Part shown: positions 12,816 to 25,300 of the stretch, piece after piece
Numbering within the stretch: position 1 is the first letter of the stretch
Layout: every line of letters starts with the position of its first letter
NCBI GenBank assembly: GCA_964016885.1
Contig: OZ024744.1
Coordinates: forward strand, 27,094,001 to 27,158,000
Length of the DNA stretch: 64,000 nt
Direction of reading: 5' to 3'
DNA from: Eledone cirrhosa
Taxonomy: Eukaryota
Made by a program: the position numbers and the translations under genes
The notes under the pieces: generated by a model
What the model was told of the DNA's origin: nothing
What the model saw: the letters and a program-made list of their open reading frames with translations, nothing else
The model's database searches: none

Positions 12816-15800
12816 GTCAGTGCATGTGTTGGTAAGAAGGGAGGTAACCTTAGGGCCAGGGACACCAGAAGTGTCCACTGCTACGGCTAGGCATCTCAGT
12901 GCATGTGGTGGTAAGAAGGGAGGTAACTTTAGGGCCAGGGACACCAGAAGTCTCCAGTGTTACGGCTAGGCATCTCAGTGCATGTGGTGGTAAGAAGGGA
13001 GGTAACCTTAGGGCCAATGACACCAGAAGTCTCCACAGCTACGGCTAGGCATCTCAGTGCATGTGGTGGTAAGAAGGGAGGTAACCTTAGGGCCAAGGAC
13101 ACCAGAAGTCTCCACTGCTACGCCTAGGCATCTCAGTGCATGTGGTGGTAAGAAGGGAGGGAACCTTAGGGCCAGGGACACCAGAAGTCTCCACTGTTAC
13201 GGCTAGGCATCTCAGTGCATGTGGTGGTAAGAAGGGAGGGAACCTTAGGTCCAGGGACACCAGAAGTCTCCACTGCTACGGCTAGGCATCTCAGTGCATG
13301 TGGTGGTAAGAAGGGAGGTAACCTTAGGGCCAATGACACCAGAAGTCTCCACTGCTACGGCTAGGCATCTCAGTGCATGTGGTGGTAAGAAGGGAGGTAA
13401 CCTTAGGGTCAAGGACACCAGAAGTCTCCACTGCTACGGCTAGGCATCTCAGTGCATGTGGTGGTAAGAAGGCAGGTAACCTTAGGGCCAGGGACACCAG
13501 AAGACTCCACTGTTACGGCTAGGCATCTCAGTGCATGTGGTGGTAAGAATGGAGGTAACCTTAGGGCCAGGGACACCAGAAGTCTCCACTGTTACGGCTA
13601 GGCATCTCACTTCATGTGGTGGTAAGAAGGGAGGTAACCTTAGGGCCAAGGACACCAGAAGTCTCCACTGCTACGGCTAGGCATCTCAGTGCATGTGGTG
13701 GTAAGAAGGGAGGTAACCTTAGGGCCAGGGACACCAGAAGTCACCACTGCTACGGCTAGGCATCTCTGTGCATGTGGTGGTAAGAAGGGAGGTAACCTTA
13801 GGGCCAGGTACACCAGAAGACTCCACTGTTACGGCTAGGAATCTCAGTGCATGTGGTGGTAAGAGGGAGGTAACCTTAGGGCCAGGGACACCAGAAGTCT
13901 CCACTGTTACGGCTTGGCACCTCAGTGCATGTGGTGGTAAGAGGGAGGTAACCTTAGGGCCAGGGACACCAGAAGTCTCCACTGTTACGGCTAGGCATCT
14001 CAGTGCATGTGGTGGTAAGAAGGGAGGTAACCTTAGGCCAAGGACACCAGAAGTCACCACTGCTACGGCTAGGCATCTCAGTGCATCTGGTGGTAATAAG
14101 GGAGGTAACCTTAGGGCCAAGGACACCAGAAGTCTCCACTGCTACGGCTAGGCATCTCAGTGCATGTGGTGGTAAGAAGGGAGGTAACCTTAGGGCCAGG
14201 GACAGCAGAAATCTCCACTGCTACGGCTAGGCATCTCAGTGCATGTGGTGGTAAGAAGGGCGGTAACCTTAGGGCCAGGGACACCAGAAGTCTACACTGT
14301 TACGGCTATGCATATCTGTGCATGTGGTGGTAAGAAGGGAGGTAACCTTAGGGACAGGGACACCAGAAGACTCCACTCTTACGGCTAGGCATCTCATTCA
14401 TGTGGTGGTAAGAAGGGAGGTAACCTTAGGGCCAAGGACACCAGAAGTCTCCACTGCTACGGCTAGGCATCTCAGTGCATGTGGTGGTAAGAAGGGAGGT
14501 AACCTTAGGGCCAAGGACACCAGAAGTCACCACTGCTACGGCTAGGCATCTCAGTGCATGTGGTGGTAAGAAGGGAGGTAACCTTAGGGCCAGGGACACC
14601 AGAAGACTCCACTTTTACGGCTAGGAATCTCAGTGCATGTGGTGGTAAGAGAGAGGTAACCTTAGGGCCAGGGACGCCAGAAGTCTCCACTGTTACGGCT
14701 AGGCATCTCAGTGCATGTGGTGGTAAGAGGGAGGTAACCATAGGGCCAGGGACACCAGAAGTCTCCACTGTTACGGCTAGGCATCTCAGTGCATGTGGTG
14801 GTAAGAAGGGAGGTAACCTTAGGCCAAGGACACCAGAAGTCACCACTGCTACGGCTAGGCATCTCAGTGCACTTGGTGGTAAGAAGGGAGGTAACCTTAG
14901 GGCCAATGACACCAGAAGTCTCCACTGTTACGGCTAGGCATCTCAGTGCATGTGGTGGTAAGGAGGGAGATAACCTTAGGGCCAAGGACACAAGAAGTCT
15001 CCACTGTTACGGCTAGGCATCTCAGTGCATGTGGTGGTAAGAAGGGGGGTAACCTTAGGGCCAGGGACACCAGAAGTCTCCACTGTTACGGCTAGGCATC
15101 TCAGTGCATGTGGTGGTAAGGAGGGAGATAACCTTAGGGCCAAGGACACCAGAAGTCTCCACTGTTACGGCTAGGCATCTCAGTGCATGTGGTGGTAAGA
15201 AGGGAGGTAACCTTAGGTCCAGGGACACCAGAAGTCTCCACTGCTACGGCTAGGCATCTCAGTTCATATGGTGTTTAGAAGGGAGGTAACCTTAGGGCCA
15301 GGGACACCAGAAGTCTCCACTGTTACGGCTAGGCATCTCAGTGCATGTGGTGGTAAGAAGGGAGGTAACCTTAGGGCCAAGGACACCAGAAGTCTCCACT
15401 GCTACGGCTAGGCATCTCTGTGCATGTGGTGGTAAGAAGGGAGGTAACCTTAGGGCCAGGGACAGCAGAAGTCTCCACTGCTACGGATAGGCATCTCAGT
15501 GCATGTGGTGGTAAGAAGGGAGGTAACCTTAGGGCCAGGGACACCAGAAGTCTACACTGTTACGGCTAGGCATATCAGTGCATGCGATGGTAAGAATGGA
15601 GGTAACCTTAGGGCCAGGGACACCAGAAGTCTCCACTGTTACGGCTAGGCATGTCAGTGCGTGTGGTGGTAAGGAGGGAGGTAACCTTAGGGCCAAGGAC
15701 ACCAGAAGTCTCCACTGTTACGGATAGGCATCTCAGTGCATGTGGTGGTAAGAAGGGAGGTAACCTTAGGGCCAGGAACACCAGAAGTCTACACTGTTAC

Positions 15801-18800
15801 GGCTAGGCATATCAGTGCATGCGGTGGTAAGAATGGAGGTAACCTTAGCGCCAGGGACACCAGAAGTCTCCACTGTTACGGCTAGGCATCTCAGTGCATG
15901 TGGTGGTAAGAAGGGGGGTAACCTTAGGGCCAGGGACACCAGCAGTCTCCACTGTTACGGCTAGGCATCTCAGTGCATGTGGTGGTAAGGAGGGAGATAA
16001 CCTTAGGGCCAAGGACACCAGAAGTCTCCACTGTTACGGCTAGGAATCTCAGTGCATGTGGTGGTAAGAAGGGAGGTAACCTTAGGTCCAGGGACACCAG
16101 AAGTCTCCACTGCTACGGCTAGGCATCTCAGTTAATATGGTGTTTAGAAGGCAGGTAACCTTAGGGCCAGGGACACCAGAAGTCTCCACTGTTACGGCTA
16201 GGCATCTCAGTGCATGTGGTGGTAAGAAGGGAGGTAACCTTAGGGCCAAGGACACCAGAAGTCTCCACTGCTACGGCTAGGCATCTCTGTGCATGTGGTG
16301 GTAAGAAGGGAGGTAACCTTAGGGCCAGGGACAGCAGAAGTCTCCACTGCTACGGATAGGCATCTCAGTGCATGTGGTGGTAAGAAGGGAGGTAACCTTA
16401 GGGCCAGGAACACCAGAAGTCTACACTGTTACGGCTAGGCATATCAGTGCATGCGGTGGTAAGAATGGAGTTAACCTTAGCGCCAGGGACACCAGAAGTC
16501 TCCACTGTTACGGCTAGGCATGTCAGTGCGTGTGGTGGTAAGGAGGGAGGTAACCTTAGGGCCAAGGACACCAGAAGTCTCCACTGTTACGGCTAGGCAT
16601 GTCAGTGCATGTGGTGGTAAGAAGGGAGGTAACCTTAGGGCCAGGGACACCAGAAGTGTCCACTGCTACGGCTAGGCATCTCAGTGCATGTGGTGGTAAG
16701 AAGGGAGGTAACCTTAGGGCCAGGGACACCAGAAGTCTCCAGTGTTACGGCTAGGCATCTCAGTGCATGTGGTGGTAAGAAGGGAGGTAACCTTAGGGCC
16801 AATGACACCAGAAGTCTCCACAGCTACGGCTAGGCATCTCAGTGCATGTGGTGGTAAGAAGGGAGGTAACCTTAGGGCCAAGGACACCAGAAGTCTCCAC
16901 TGCTACGGCTAGGCATCTCAGTGCATGTGGTGGTAAGAAGGGAAGGAACCTTAGGGCCAGGGACACCAGAAGTCTCCACTGTTACGCCTAGGCATCTCAG
17001 TGCATGTGGTGGTAAGAAGGGAGGGAACCTTAGGGCCAGGGACACCAGAAGTCTCCACTGTTACGGCTAGGCATCTCAGTGCATGTGGTGGTAAGAAGGG
17101 TGGGAACCTTAGGTCCAGGGACACCAGAAGTCTCCACTGCTACGGTTAGGCATCTCAGTGCATGTGGTGGTAAGAAGGGAGGTAACCTTAGGGCCAATGA
17201 CACCAGAAGTCTCCACTGCTACGGCTAGGCATCTCAGTGCATGTGGTGGTAAGAAGGGAGGTAACCTTAGGGTCAAGGACACCAGAAGTCTCCACTGCTA
17301 CGGCTAGGCATCTCAGTGCATGTGGTGGTAAGAAGGCAGGTAACCTTAGGGCCAGGGACACCAGAAGACTCCACTGTTACGGCTAGGCATCTCAGTGCAT
17401 GTGGTGGTAAGAATGGAGGTAACCTTAGGGCCAGGGACACCAGAAGTCTCCACTGTTACGGCTAGGCATCTCACTTCATGTGGTGGTAAGAAGGGAGGTA
17501 ACCTTAGGGCCAAGGACACCAGAAGTCTCCACTGCTACGGCTAGGCATCTCAGTGCATGTGGTGGTAAGAAGGGAGGTAACCTTAGGGCCAGGGACACCA
17601 GAAGTCACCACTGCTACGGCTAGGCATCTCAGTGCATGTGGTGGTAAGAAGGGAGGTAACCTTAGGGCCAGGTACACCAGAAGACTCCACTGTTACGGCT
17701 AGGAATCTCAGTGCATGTGGTGGTAAGAGGGAGGTAACCTTAGGGCCAGGGACACCAGAAGTCTCCACTGTTACGGCTAGGCACCTCAGTGCATGTGGTG
17801 GTAAGAGGGAGGTAACCTTAGGGCCAGGGACACCAGAAGTCTCCACTGTTACGGCTAGGCATCTCAGTGCATGTGGTGGTAAGAAGGGAGGTAACCTTAG
17901 GCCAAGGACACCAGAAGTCACCACTGCTACGGCTAGGCATCTCAGTGCATCTGGTGGTAAGAAGGGAGGTAACCTTAGGGCCAAGGACACCAGAAGTCTC
18001 CACTGCTACGGCTAGGCATCTCAGTGCATGTGGTGGTAAGACGGGAGGTAACCTTAGGGCCAGGTACAGCAGAAATCTCCACTGCTACGGCTAGGCATCT
18101 CAGTGCATGTGGTGGTAAGAAGGGCGGTAACCTTAGGGCCAGGGACACCAGAAGTCTACACTGTTACGGCTATGCATATCTGTGCATGTGGTGGTAAGAG
18201 GGGAGGTAACCTTAGGGACAGGGACACCAGAAGACTCCACTCTTACGGCTAGGCATCTCATTCATGTGGTGGTAAGAAGGGAGGTAACCTTAGGGCCAAG
18301 GACACCAGAAGTCTCCACTGCTACGGCTAGGCATCTCAGTGCATGTGGTGGTAAGAAGGGAGGTAACCTTAGGGCCAAGGACACCAGAAGTCTCCACTGC
18401 CATCGCTAGGCATCTCAGTGCATGTGGTGGTAAGAAGGGAGGTAACATTAGGGCCAGGGACACCAGAAGACTCCACTTTTACGGCTAGGAATCTCAGTGC
18501 ATGTGGTGGTAAGAGAGAGGTAACCTTAGGGCCAGGGACGCCAGAAGTCTCCACTGTACGGCTAGGCATCTCAGTGCATGTGGTGGTAAGAGGGAGGTAA
18601 CCTTAGGGCCAGGGACACCAGAAGTCTCCACTGTTACGGCTAGGCATCTCAGTGCATGTGGTGGTAAGAAGGGAGGTAACCTTAGGCCAAGGACACCAGA
18701 AGTCACCACTGCTACGGCTAGGCATCTCAGTGCACCTGGTGGTAAGAAGGGAGGTAACCTTAGGGCCAATGACACCAGAAGTCTCCACTGTTACGGCTAG

Positions 18801-19080
18801 GCATCTCAGTGCATGTGGTGGTAAGGAGGGAGATAACCTTAGGGCCAAGGACACAAGAAGTCTCCACTGTTACGGCTAGGCATCTCAGTGCATGTGGTGG
18901 TAAGAAGGGGGGTAACCTTAGGGCCAGGGACACCAGAAGTCTCCACTGTTACGGCTAGGCATCTCAGTGCATGTGGTGGTAAGGAGGGAGATAACCTTAG
19001 GGCCAAGGACACCAGAAGTCTGCACTGTTACGGCTAGGCATCTCAGTGCATGTGGTGGTAAGAAGGGAGGTAACCTTAGG
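12700..19080 (+). repeat. Older diverged ~49-monomer unit (offset 3864 bp): ~12700-15200 versus ~16560-19080
   Basis: ORF offsets 13719/17583, 14003/17867 and 14318/18182 show the same order of variant monomers (GGCACCTC, AAGGGCGG, TATGCATATCTG, CTCATTCA, ACTTTTAC), but with several private differences. Confidence 0.8.
15030..16600 (+). repeat. Local 11-monomer duplication (period 869 bp) with a nested 3-monomer repeat (237 bp)
   Basis: AAGGGGGGT at ~15042/15911, followed by GTGTTTAG, CTCTGTG and CAGC..GGATAGG at the same offset. The GGATAGG-TCTACA-ATGCG series sits at ~15487 and ~15724. The arrangement is copied at +8275 and +15289. Confidence 0.72.
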
Positions 19081-22000
19081 GCCAAGGACACCAGAAGTCT
19101 CCACTGTTACGGCTAGGCATGTCAGTGCATGTGGTGGTAAGAAGGGAGGTAACCTTAGGGCCAGGGACACCAGAAGTGTCCACTGCTACGGCTAGGCATC
19201 TCAGTGCATGTGGTGGTAAGAAGGGAGGTAACCTTAGGGCCAAGGACACCAGAAGTCTCCACTGCTACGGCTAGGCATCTCAGTGCATGTGGTGGTAAAG
19301 AGGGAGGTAACCTTAGGGCCAAGGACACCAGAAGTCACCACTGCTACGGCTAGGCATCTCAGTGCATGTGGTGGTAAGAAGGGAGGTAACCTTAGGGCCA
19401 GAGACACCAGAAGACTCCACTGTTACGGCTAGGAATCTCAGATCATGTGGTGGTAAGAGGGAGGTAACCTTAGGGCCAGGGACACCAGAAGTCTCCACTG
19501 TTACGGCTAGGCATCTCAGTGCATGTGGTGGTAAGAAGGGAGGTAACCTTAGGCCAAGGACACAAGAAGTCTCCACTGTTACGGCTAGGCATCTCAGTGC
19601 TTGTGGTGGTCAGAAGGGAGGTAACCTTAGGGCCAGGGACACCAGAAGTCTCCACTATTACGGCTAGGCATCTCAGTGCATGTGGTGGTAAGGAGGGAGA
19701 TAACCTTAGGGCCAGGGACACCAGAAGACTCCACTGTTACGGCTAGGCATCTCAGTGCATGTGGTGGTAAAGAAGGAGGTAACCTTAGGGCCAGGGACAC
19801 CAGACGTCTCCACTGCTACGGCTAGGTATCTCAGTGCATGTGGTGGTAAGAAGGGAGGTAACCTTAGGTCCAGGGACACCAGAAGTCTCCACTGCTACGG
19901 CTAGGCATCTCAGTTCATATGGTGGTAAGAAGGGAGGTAACCTTAGGGCCAGGGACAGGAGAAATCTCTACTGCTACGGCTAGGCATCTCAGTGCATGTG
20001 GTGGTAAGAGGGAGGTAACCTTAGGGCCAGGGACGCCAGAAGTCTCCACTGTTACGGCTAGGCATCTCAGTGCATGTGGTGGTAAGAGGGAGGTAACCTT
20101 AGGGCCAGGGACACCAGAAGTCTCCACTGTTACGGCTAGGAATCTCAGTGCATGTGGTGGTAAGAAGGGAGGTAACCTTAGGCCAAGGACACCAGAAGTC
20201 ACCACTGCTACGGCTAAGCATCTCAGTGCACCTGGTGGTAAGAAGGGAGGTAACCTTAGGGCCAATGACACCAGAAGTCTCCACTGTTACGGCTAGGCAT
20301 CTCAGTGCATGTGGTGGTAAGGAGGGAGATAACCTTAGGGCCAAGGACACAAGAAGTCTCCACTGTTACGGCTAGGCATCTCAGTGCATGTGGTGGTAAG
20401 AAGGGGGGTAACCTTAGGGCCAGGGACACCAGCAGTCTCCACTGTTACGGCGAGGCATCTCAGTGCATGTTGTGGTAAGGAGGGAGATAACCTTAGGGCC
20501 AAGGACACCAGAAGTCTCCACTGTTACGGCTAGGCATCTCAGTGCATGTGGTGGTAAGAAGGGAGGTAACCTTAGGTCCAGGGACACCAGAAGTCTCCAC
20601 TGCTACGGCTAGGCATCTCAGTTCATATGGTGTTTAGAAGGGAGGTAACCTTAGGGCCAGGGACACCAGAAGTCTCCACTGTTACGGCTAGGCATCTCAG
20701 TGCATGTGGTGGTAAGAAGGGAGGTAACCTTAGGGCCAAGGACACCAGAAGTCTCCACTGCTACGGCTAGGCATCTCTGTGCATGTGGTGGTAAGAAGGG
20801 AGGTAACCTTAGGGCCAGGGACAGCAGAAGTCTCCACTGCTACGGATAGGCATCTCAGTGCATGTGGTGGTAAGAAGGGAGGTAACCTTAGGGCCAGGAA
20901 CACCAGAAGTCTACACTGTTACGGCTAGGCATATCAGTGCATGCGGTGGTAAGAATGGAGGTAACCTTAGCGCCAGGGACACCAGAAGTCTCCACTGTTA
21001 CGGCTAGGCATGTCAGTGCGTGTGGTGGTAAGGAGGGAGGTAACCTTAGGGCCAAGGACACCAGAAGTCTCCACTGTTACGGCTAGGCATGTCAGTGCAT
21101 GTGTTGGTAAGAAGGGAGGTAACCTTAGGGCCAGGGACACCAGAAGTGTCCACTGCTACGGCTAGGCATCTCAGTGCATGTGGTGGTAAGAAGGGAGGTA
21201 ACTTTAGGGCCAGGGACACCAGAAGTCTCCAGTGTTACGGCTAGGCATCTCAGTGCATGTGGTGGTAAGAAGGGAGGTAACCTTAGGGCCAATGACACCA
21301 GAAGTCTCCACAGCTACGGCTAGGCATCTCAGTGCATGTGGTGGTAAGAAGGGAGGTAACCTTAGGGCCAAGGACACCAGAAGTCTCCACTGCTACGCCT
21401 AGGCATCTCAGTGCATGTGGTGGTAAGAAGGGAGGGAACCTTAGGGCCAGGGACACCAGAAGTCTCCACTGTTACGGCTAGGCATCTCAGTGCATGTGGT
21501 GGTAAGAAGGGAGGGAACCTTAGGTCCAGGGACACCAGAAGTCTCCACTGCTACGGCTAGGCATCTCAGTGCATGTGGTGGTAAGAAGGGAGGTAACCTT
21601 AGGGCCAATGACACCAGAAGTCTCCACTGCTACGGCTAGGCATCTCAGTGCATGTGGTGGTAAGAAGGGAGGTAACCTTAGGGTCAAGGACACCAGAAGT
21701 CTCCACTGCTACGGCTAGGCATCTCAGTGCATGTGGTGGTAAGAAGGCAGGTAACCTTAGGGCCAGGGACACCAGAAGACTCCACTGTTACGGCTAGGCA
21801 TCTCAGTGCATGTGGTGGTAAGAATGGAGGTAACCTTAGGGCCAGGGACACCAGAAGTCTCCACTGTTACGGCTAGGCATCTCACTTCATGTGGTGGTAA
21901 GAAGGGAGGTAACCTTAGGGCCAAGGACACCAGAAGTCTCCACTGCTACGGCTAGGCATCTCAGTGCATGTGGTGGTAAGAAGGGAGGTAACCTTAGGGC

Positions 22001-22362
22001 CAGGGACACCAGAAGTCACCACTGCTACGGCTAGGCATCTCTGTGCATGTGGTGGTAAGAAGGGAGGTAACCTTAGGGCCAGGTACACCAGAAGACTCCA
22101 CTGTTACGGCTAGGAATCTCAGTGCATGTGGTGGTAAGAGGGAGGTAACCTTAGGGCCAGGGACACCAGAAGTCTCCACTGTTACGGCTAGGCACCTCAG
22201 TGCATGTGGTGGTAAGAGGGAGGTAACCTTAGGGCCAGGGACACCAGAAGTCTCCACTGTTACGGCTAGGCATCTCAGTGCATGTGGTGGTAAGAAGGGA
22301 GGTAACCTTAGGCCAAGGACACCAGAAGTCACCACTGCTACGGCTAGGCATCTCAGTGCATC

Positions 22363-25300
22363 TGGTGGTAATAAGGGAGGTAACCTTAGGGCCAAGGACA
22401 CCAGAAGTCTCCACTGCTACGGCTAGGCATCTCAGTGCATGTGGTGGTAAGAAGGGAGGTAACCTTAGGGCCAGGGACAGCAGAAATCTCCACTGCTACG
22501 GCTAGGCATCTCAGTGCATGTGGTGGTAAGAAGGGCGGTAACCTTAGGGCCAGGGACACCAGAAGTCTACACTGTTACGGCTATGCATATCTGTGCATGT
22601 GGTGGTAAGAAGGGAGGTAACCTTAGGGACAGGGACACCAGAAGACTCCACTCTTACGGCTAGGCATCTCATTCATGTGGTGGTAAGAAGGGAGGTAACC
22701 TTAGGGCCAAGGACACCAGAAGTCTCCACTGCTACGGCTAGGCATCTCAGTGCATGTGGTGGTAAGAAGGGAGGTAACCTTAGGGCCAAGGACACCAGAA
22801 GTCACCACTGCTACGGCTAGGCATCTCAGTGCATGTGGTGGTAAGAAGGGAGGTAACCTTAGGGCCAGGGACACCAGAAGACTCCACTTTTACGGCTAGG
22901 AATCTCAGTGCATGTGGTGGTAAGAGAGAGGTAACCTTAGGGCCAGGGACGCCAGAAGTCTCCACTGTTACGGCTAGGCATCTCAGTGCATGTGGTGGTA
23001 AGAGGGAGGTAACCATAGGGCCAGGGACACCAGAAGTCTCCACTGTTACGGCTAGGCATCTCAGTGCATGTGGTGGTAAGAAGGGAGGTAACCTTAGGCC
23101 AAGGACACCAGAAGTCACCACTGCTACGGCTAGGCATCTCAGTGCACTTGGTGGTAAGAAGGGAGGTAACCTTAGGGCCAATGACACCAGAAGTCTCCAC
23201 TGTTACGGCTAGGCATCTCAGTGCATGTGGTGGTAAGGAGGGAGATAACCTTAGGGCCAAGGACACAAGAAGTCTCCACTGTTACGGCTAGGCATCTCAG
23301 TGCATGTGGTGGTAAGAAGGGGGGTAACCTTAGGGCCAGGGACACCAGAAGTCTCCACTGTTACGGCTAGGCATCTCAGTGCATGTGGTGGTAAGGAGGG
23401 AGATAACCTTAGGGCCAAGGACACCAGAAGTCTCCACTGTTACGGCTAGGCATCTCAGTGCATGTGGTGGTAAGAAGGGAGGTAACCTTAGGTCCAGGGA
23501 CACCAGAAGTCTCCACTGCTACGGCTAGGCATCTCAGTTCATATGGTGTTTAGAAGGGAGGTAACCTTAGGGCCAGGGACACCAGAAGTCTCCACTGTTA
23601 CGGCTAGGCATCTCAGTGCATGTGGTGGTAAGAAGGGAGGTAACCTTAGGGCCAAGGACACCAGAAGTCTCCACTGCTACGGCTAGGCATCTCTGTGCAT
23701 GTGGTGGTAAGAAGGGAGGTAACCTTAGGGCCAGGGACAGCAGAAGTCTCCACTGCTACGGATAGGCATCTCAGTGCATGTGGTGGTAAGAAGGGAGGTA
23801 ACCTTAGGGCCAGGGACACCAGAAGTCTACACTGTTACGGCTAGGCATATCAGTGCATGCGATGGTAAGAATGGAGGTAACCTTAGGGCCAGGGACACCA
23901 GAAGTCTCCACTGTTACGGCTAGGCATGTCAGTGCGTGTGGTGGTAAGGAGGGAGGTAACCTTAGGGCCAAGGACACCAGAAGTCTCCACTGTTACGGAT
24001 AGGCATCTCAGTGCATGTGGTGGTAAGAAGGGAGGTAACCTTAGGGCCAGGAACACCAGAAGTCTACACTGTTACGGCTAGGCATATCAGTGCATGCGGT
24101 GGTAAGAATGGAGGTAACCTTAGCGCCAGGGACACCAGAAGTCTCCACTGTTACGGCTAGGCATCTCAGTGCATGTGGTGGTAAGAAGGGGGGTAACCTT
24201 AGGGCCAGGGACACCAGCAGTCTCCACTGTTACGGCTAGGCATCTCAGTGCATGTGGTGGTAAGGAGGGAGATAACCTTAGGGCCAAGGACACCAGAAGT
24301 CTCCACTGTTACGGCTAGGCATCTCAGTGCATGTGGTGGTAAGAAGGGAGGTAACCTTAGGTCCAGGGACACCAGAAGTCTCCACTGCTACGGCTAGGCA
24401 TCTCAGTTAATATGGTGTTTAGAAGGCAGGTAACCTTAGGGCCAGGGACACCAGAAGTCTCCACTGTTACGGCTAGGCATCTCAGTGCATGTGGTGGTAA
24501 GAAGGGAGGTAACCTTAGGGCCAAGGACACCAGAAGTCTCCACTGCTACGGCTAGGCATCTCTGTGCATGTGGTGGTAAGAAGGGAGGTAACCTTAGGGC
24601 CAGGGACAGCAGAAGTCTCCACTGCTACGGATAGGCATCTCAGTGCATGTGGTGGTAAGAAGGGAGGTAACCTTAGGGCCAGGAACACCAGAAGTCTACA
24701 CTGTTACGGCTAGGCATATCAGTGCATGCGGTGGTAAGAATGGAGTTAACCTTAGCGCCAGGGACACCAGAAGTCTCCACTGTTACGGCTAGGCATGTCA
24801 GTGCGTGTGGTGGTAAGGAGGGAGGTAACCTTAGGGCCAAGGACACCAGAAGTCTCCACTGTTACGGCTAGGCATGTCAGTGCATGTGGTGGTAAGAAGG
24901 GAGGTAACCTTAGGGCCAGGGACACCAGAAGTGTCCACTGCTACGGCTAGGCATCTCAGTGCATGTGGTGGTAAGAAGGGAGGTAACCTTAGGGCCAGGG
25001 ACACCAGAAGTCTCCAGTGTTACGGCTAGGCATCTCAGTGCATGTGGTGGTAAGAAGGGAGGTAACCTTAGGGCCAATGACACCAGAAGTCTCCACAGCT
25101 ACGGCTAGGCATCTCAGTGCATGTGGTGGTAAGAAGGGAGGTAACCTTAGGGCCAAGGACACCAGAAGTCTCCACTGCTACGGCTAGGCATCTCAGTGCA
25201 TGTTGTGGTAAGAAGGGAAGGAACCTTAGGGCCAGGGACACCAGAAGTCTCCACTGTTACGCCTAGGCATCTCAGTGCATGTGGTGGTAAGAAGGGAGGG

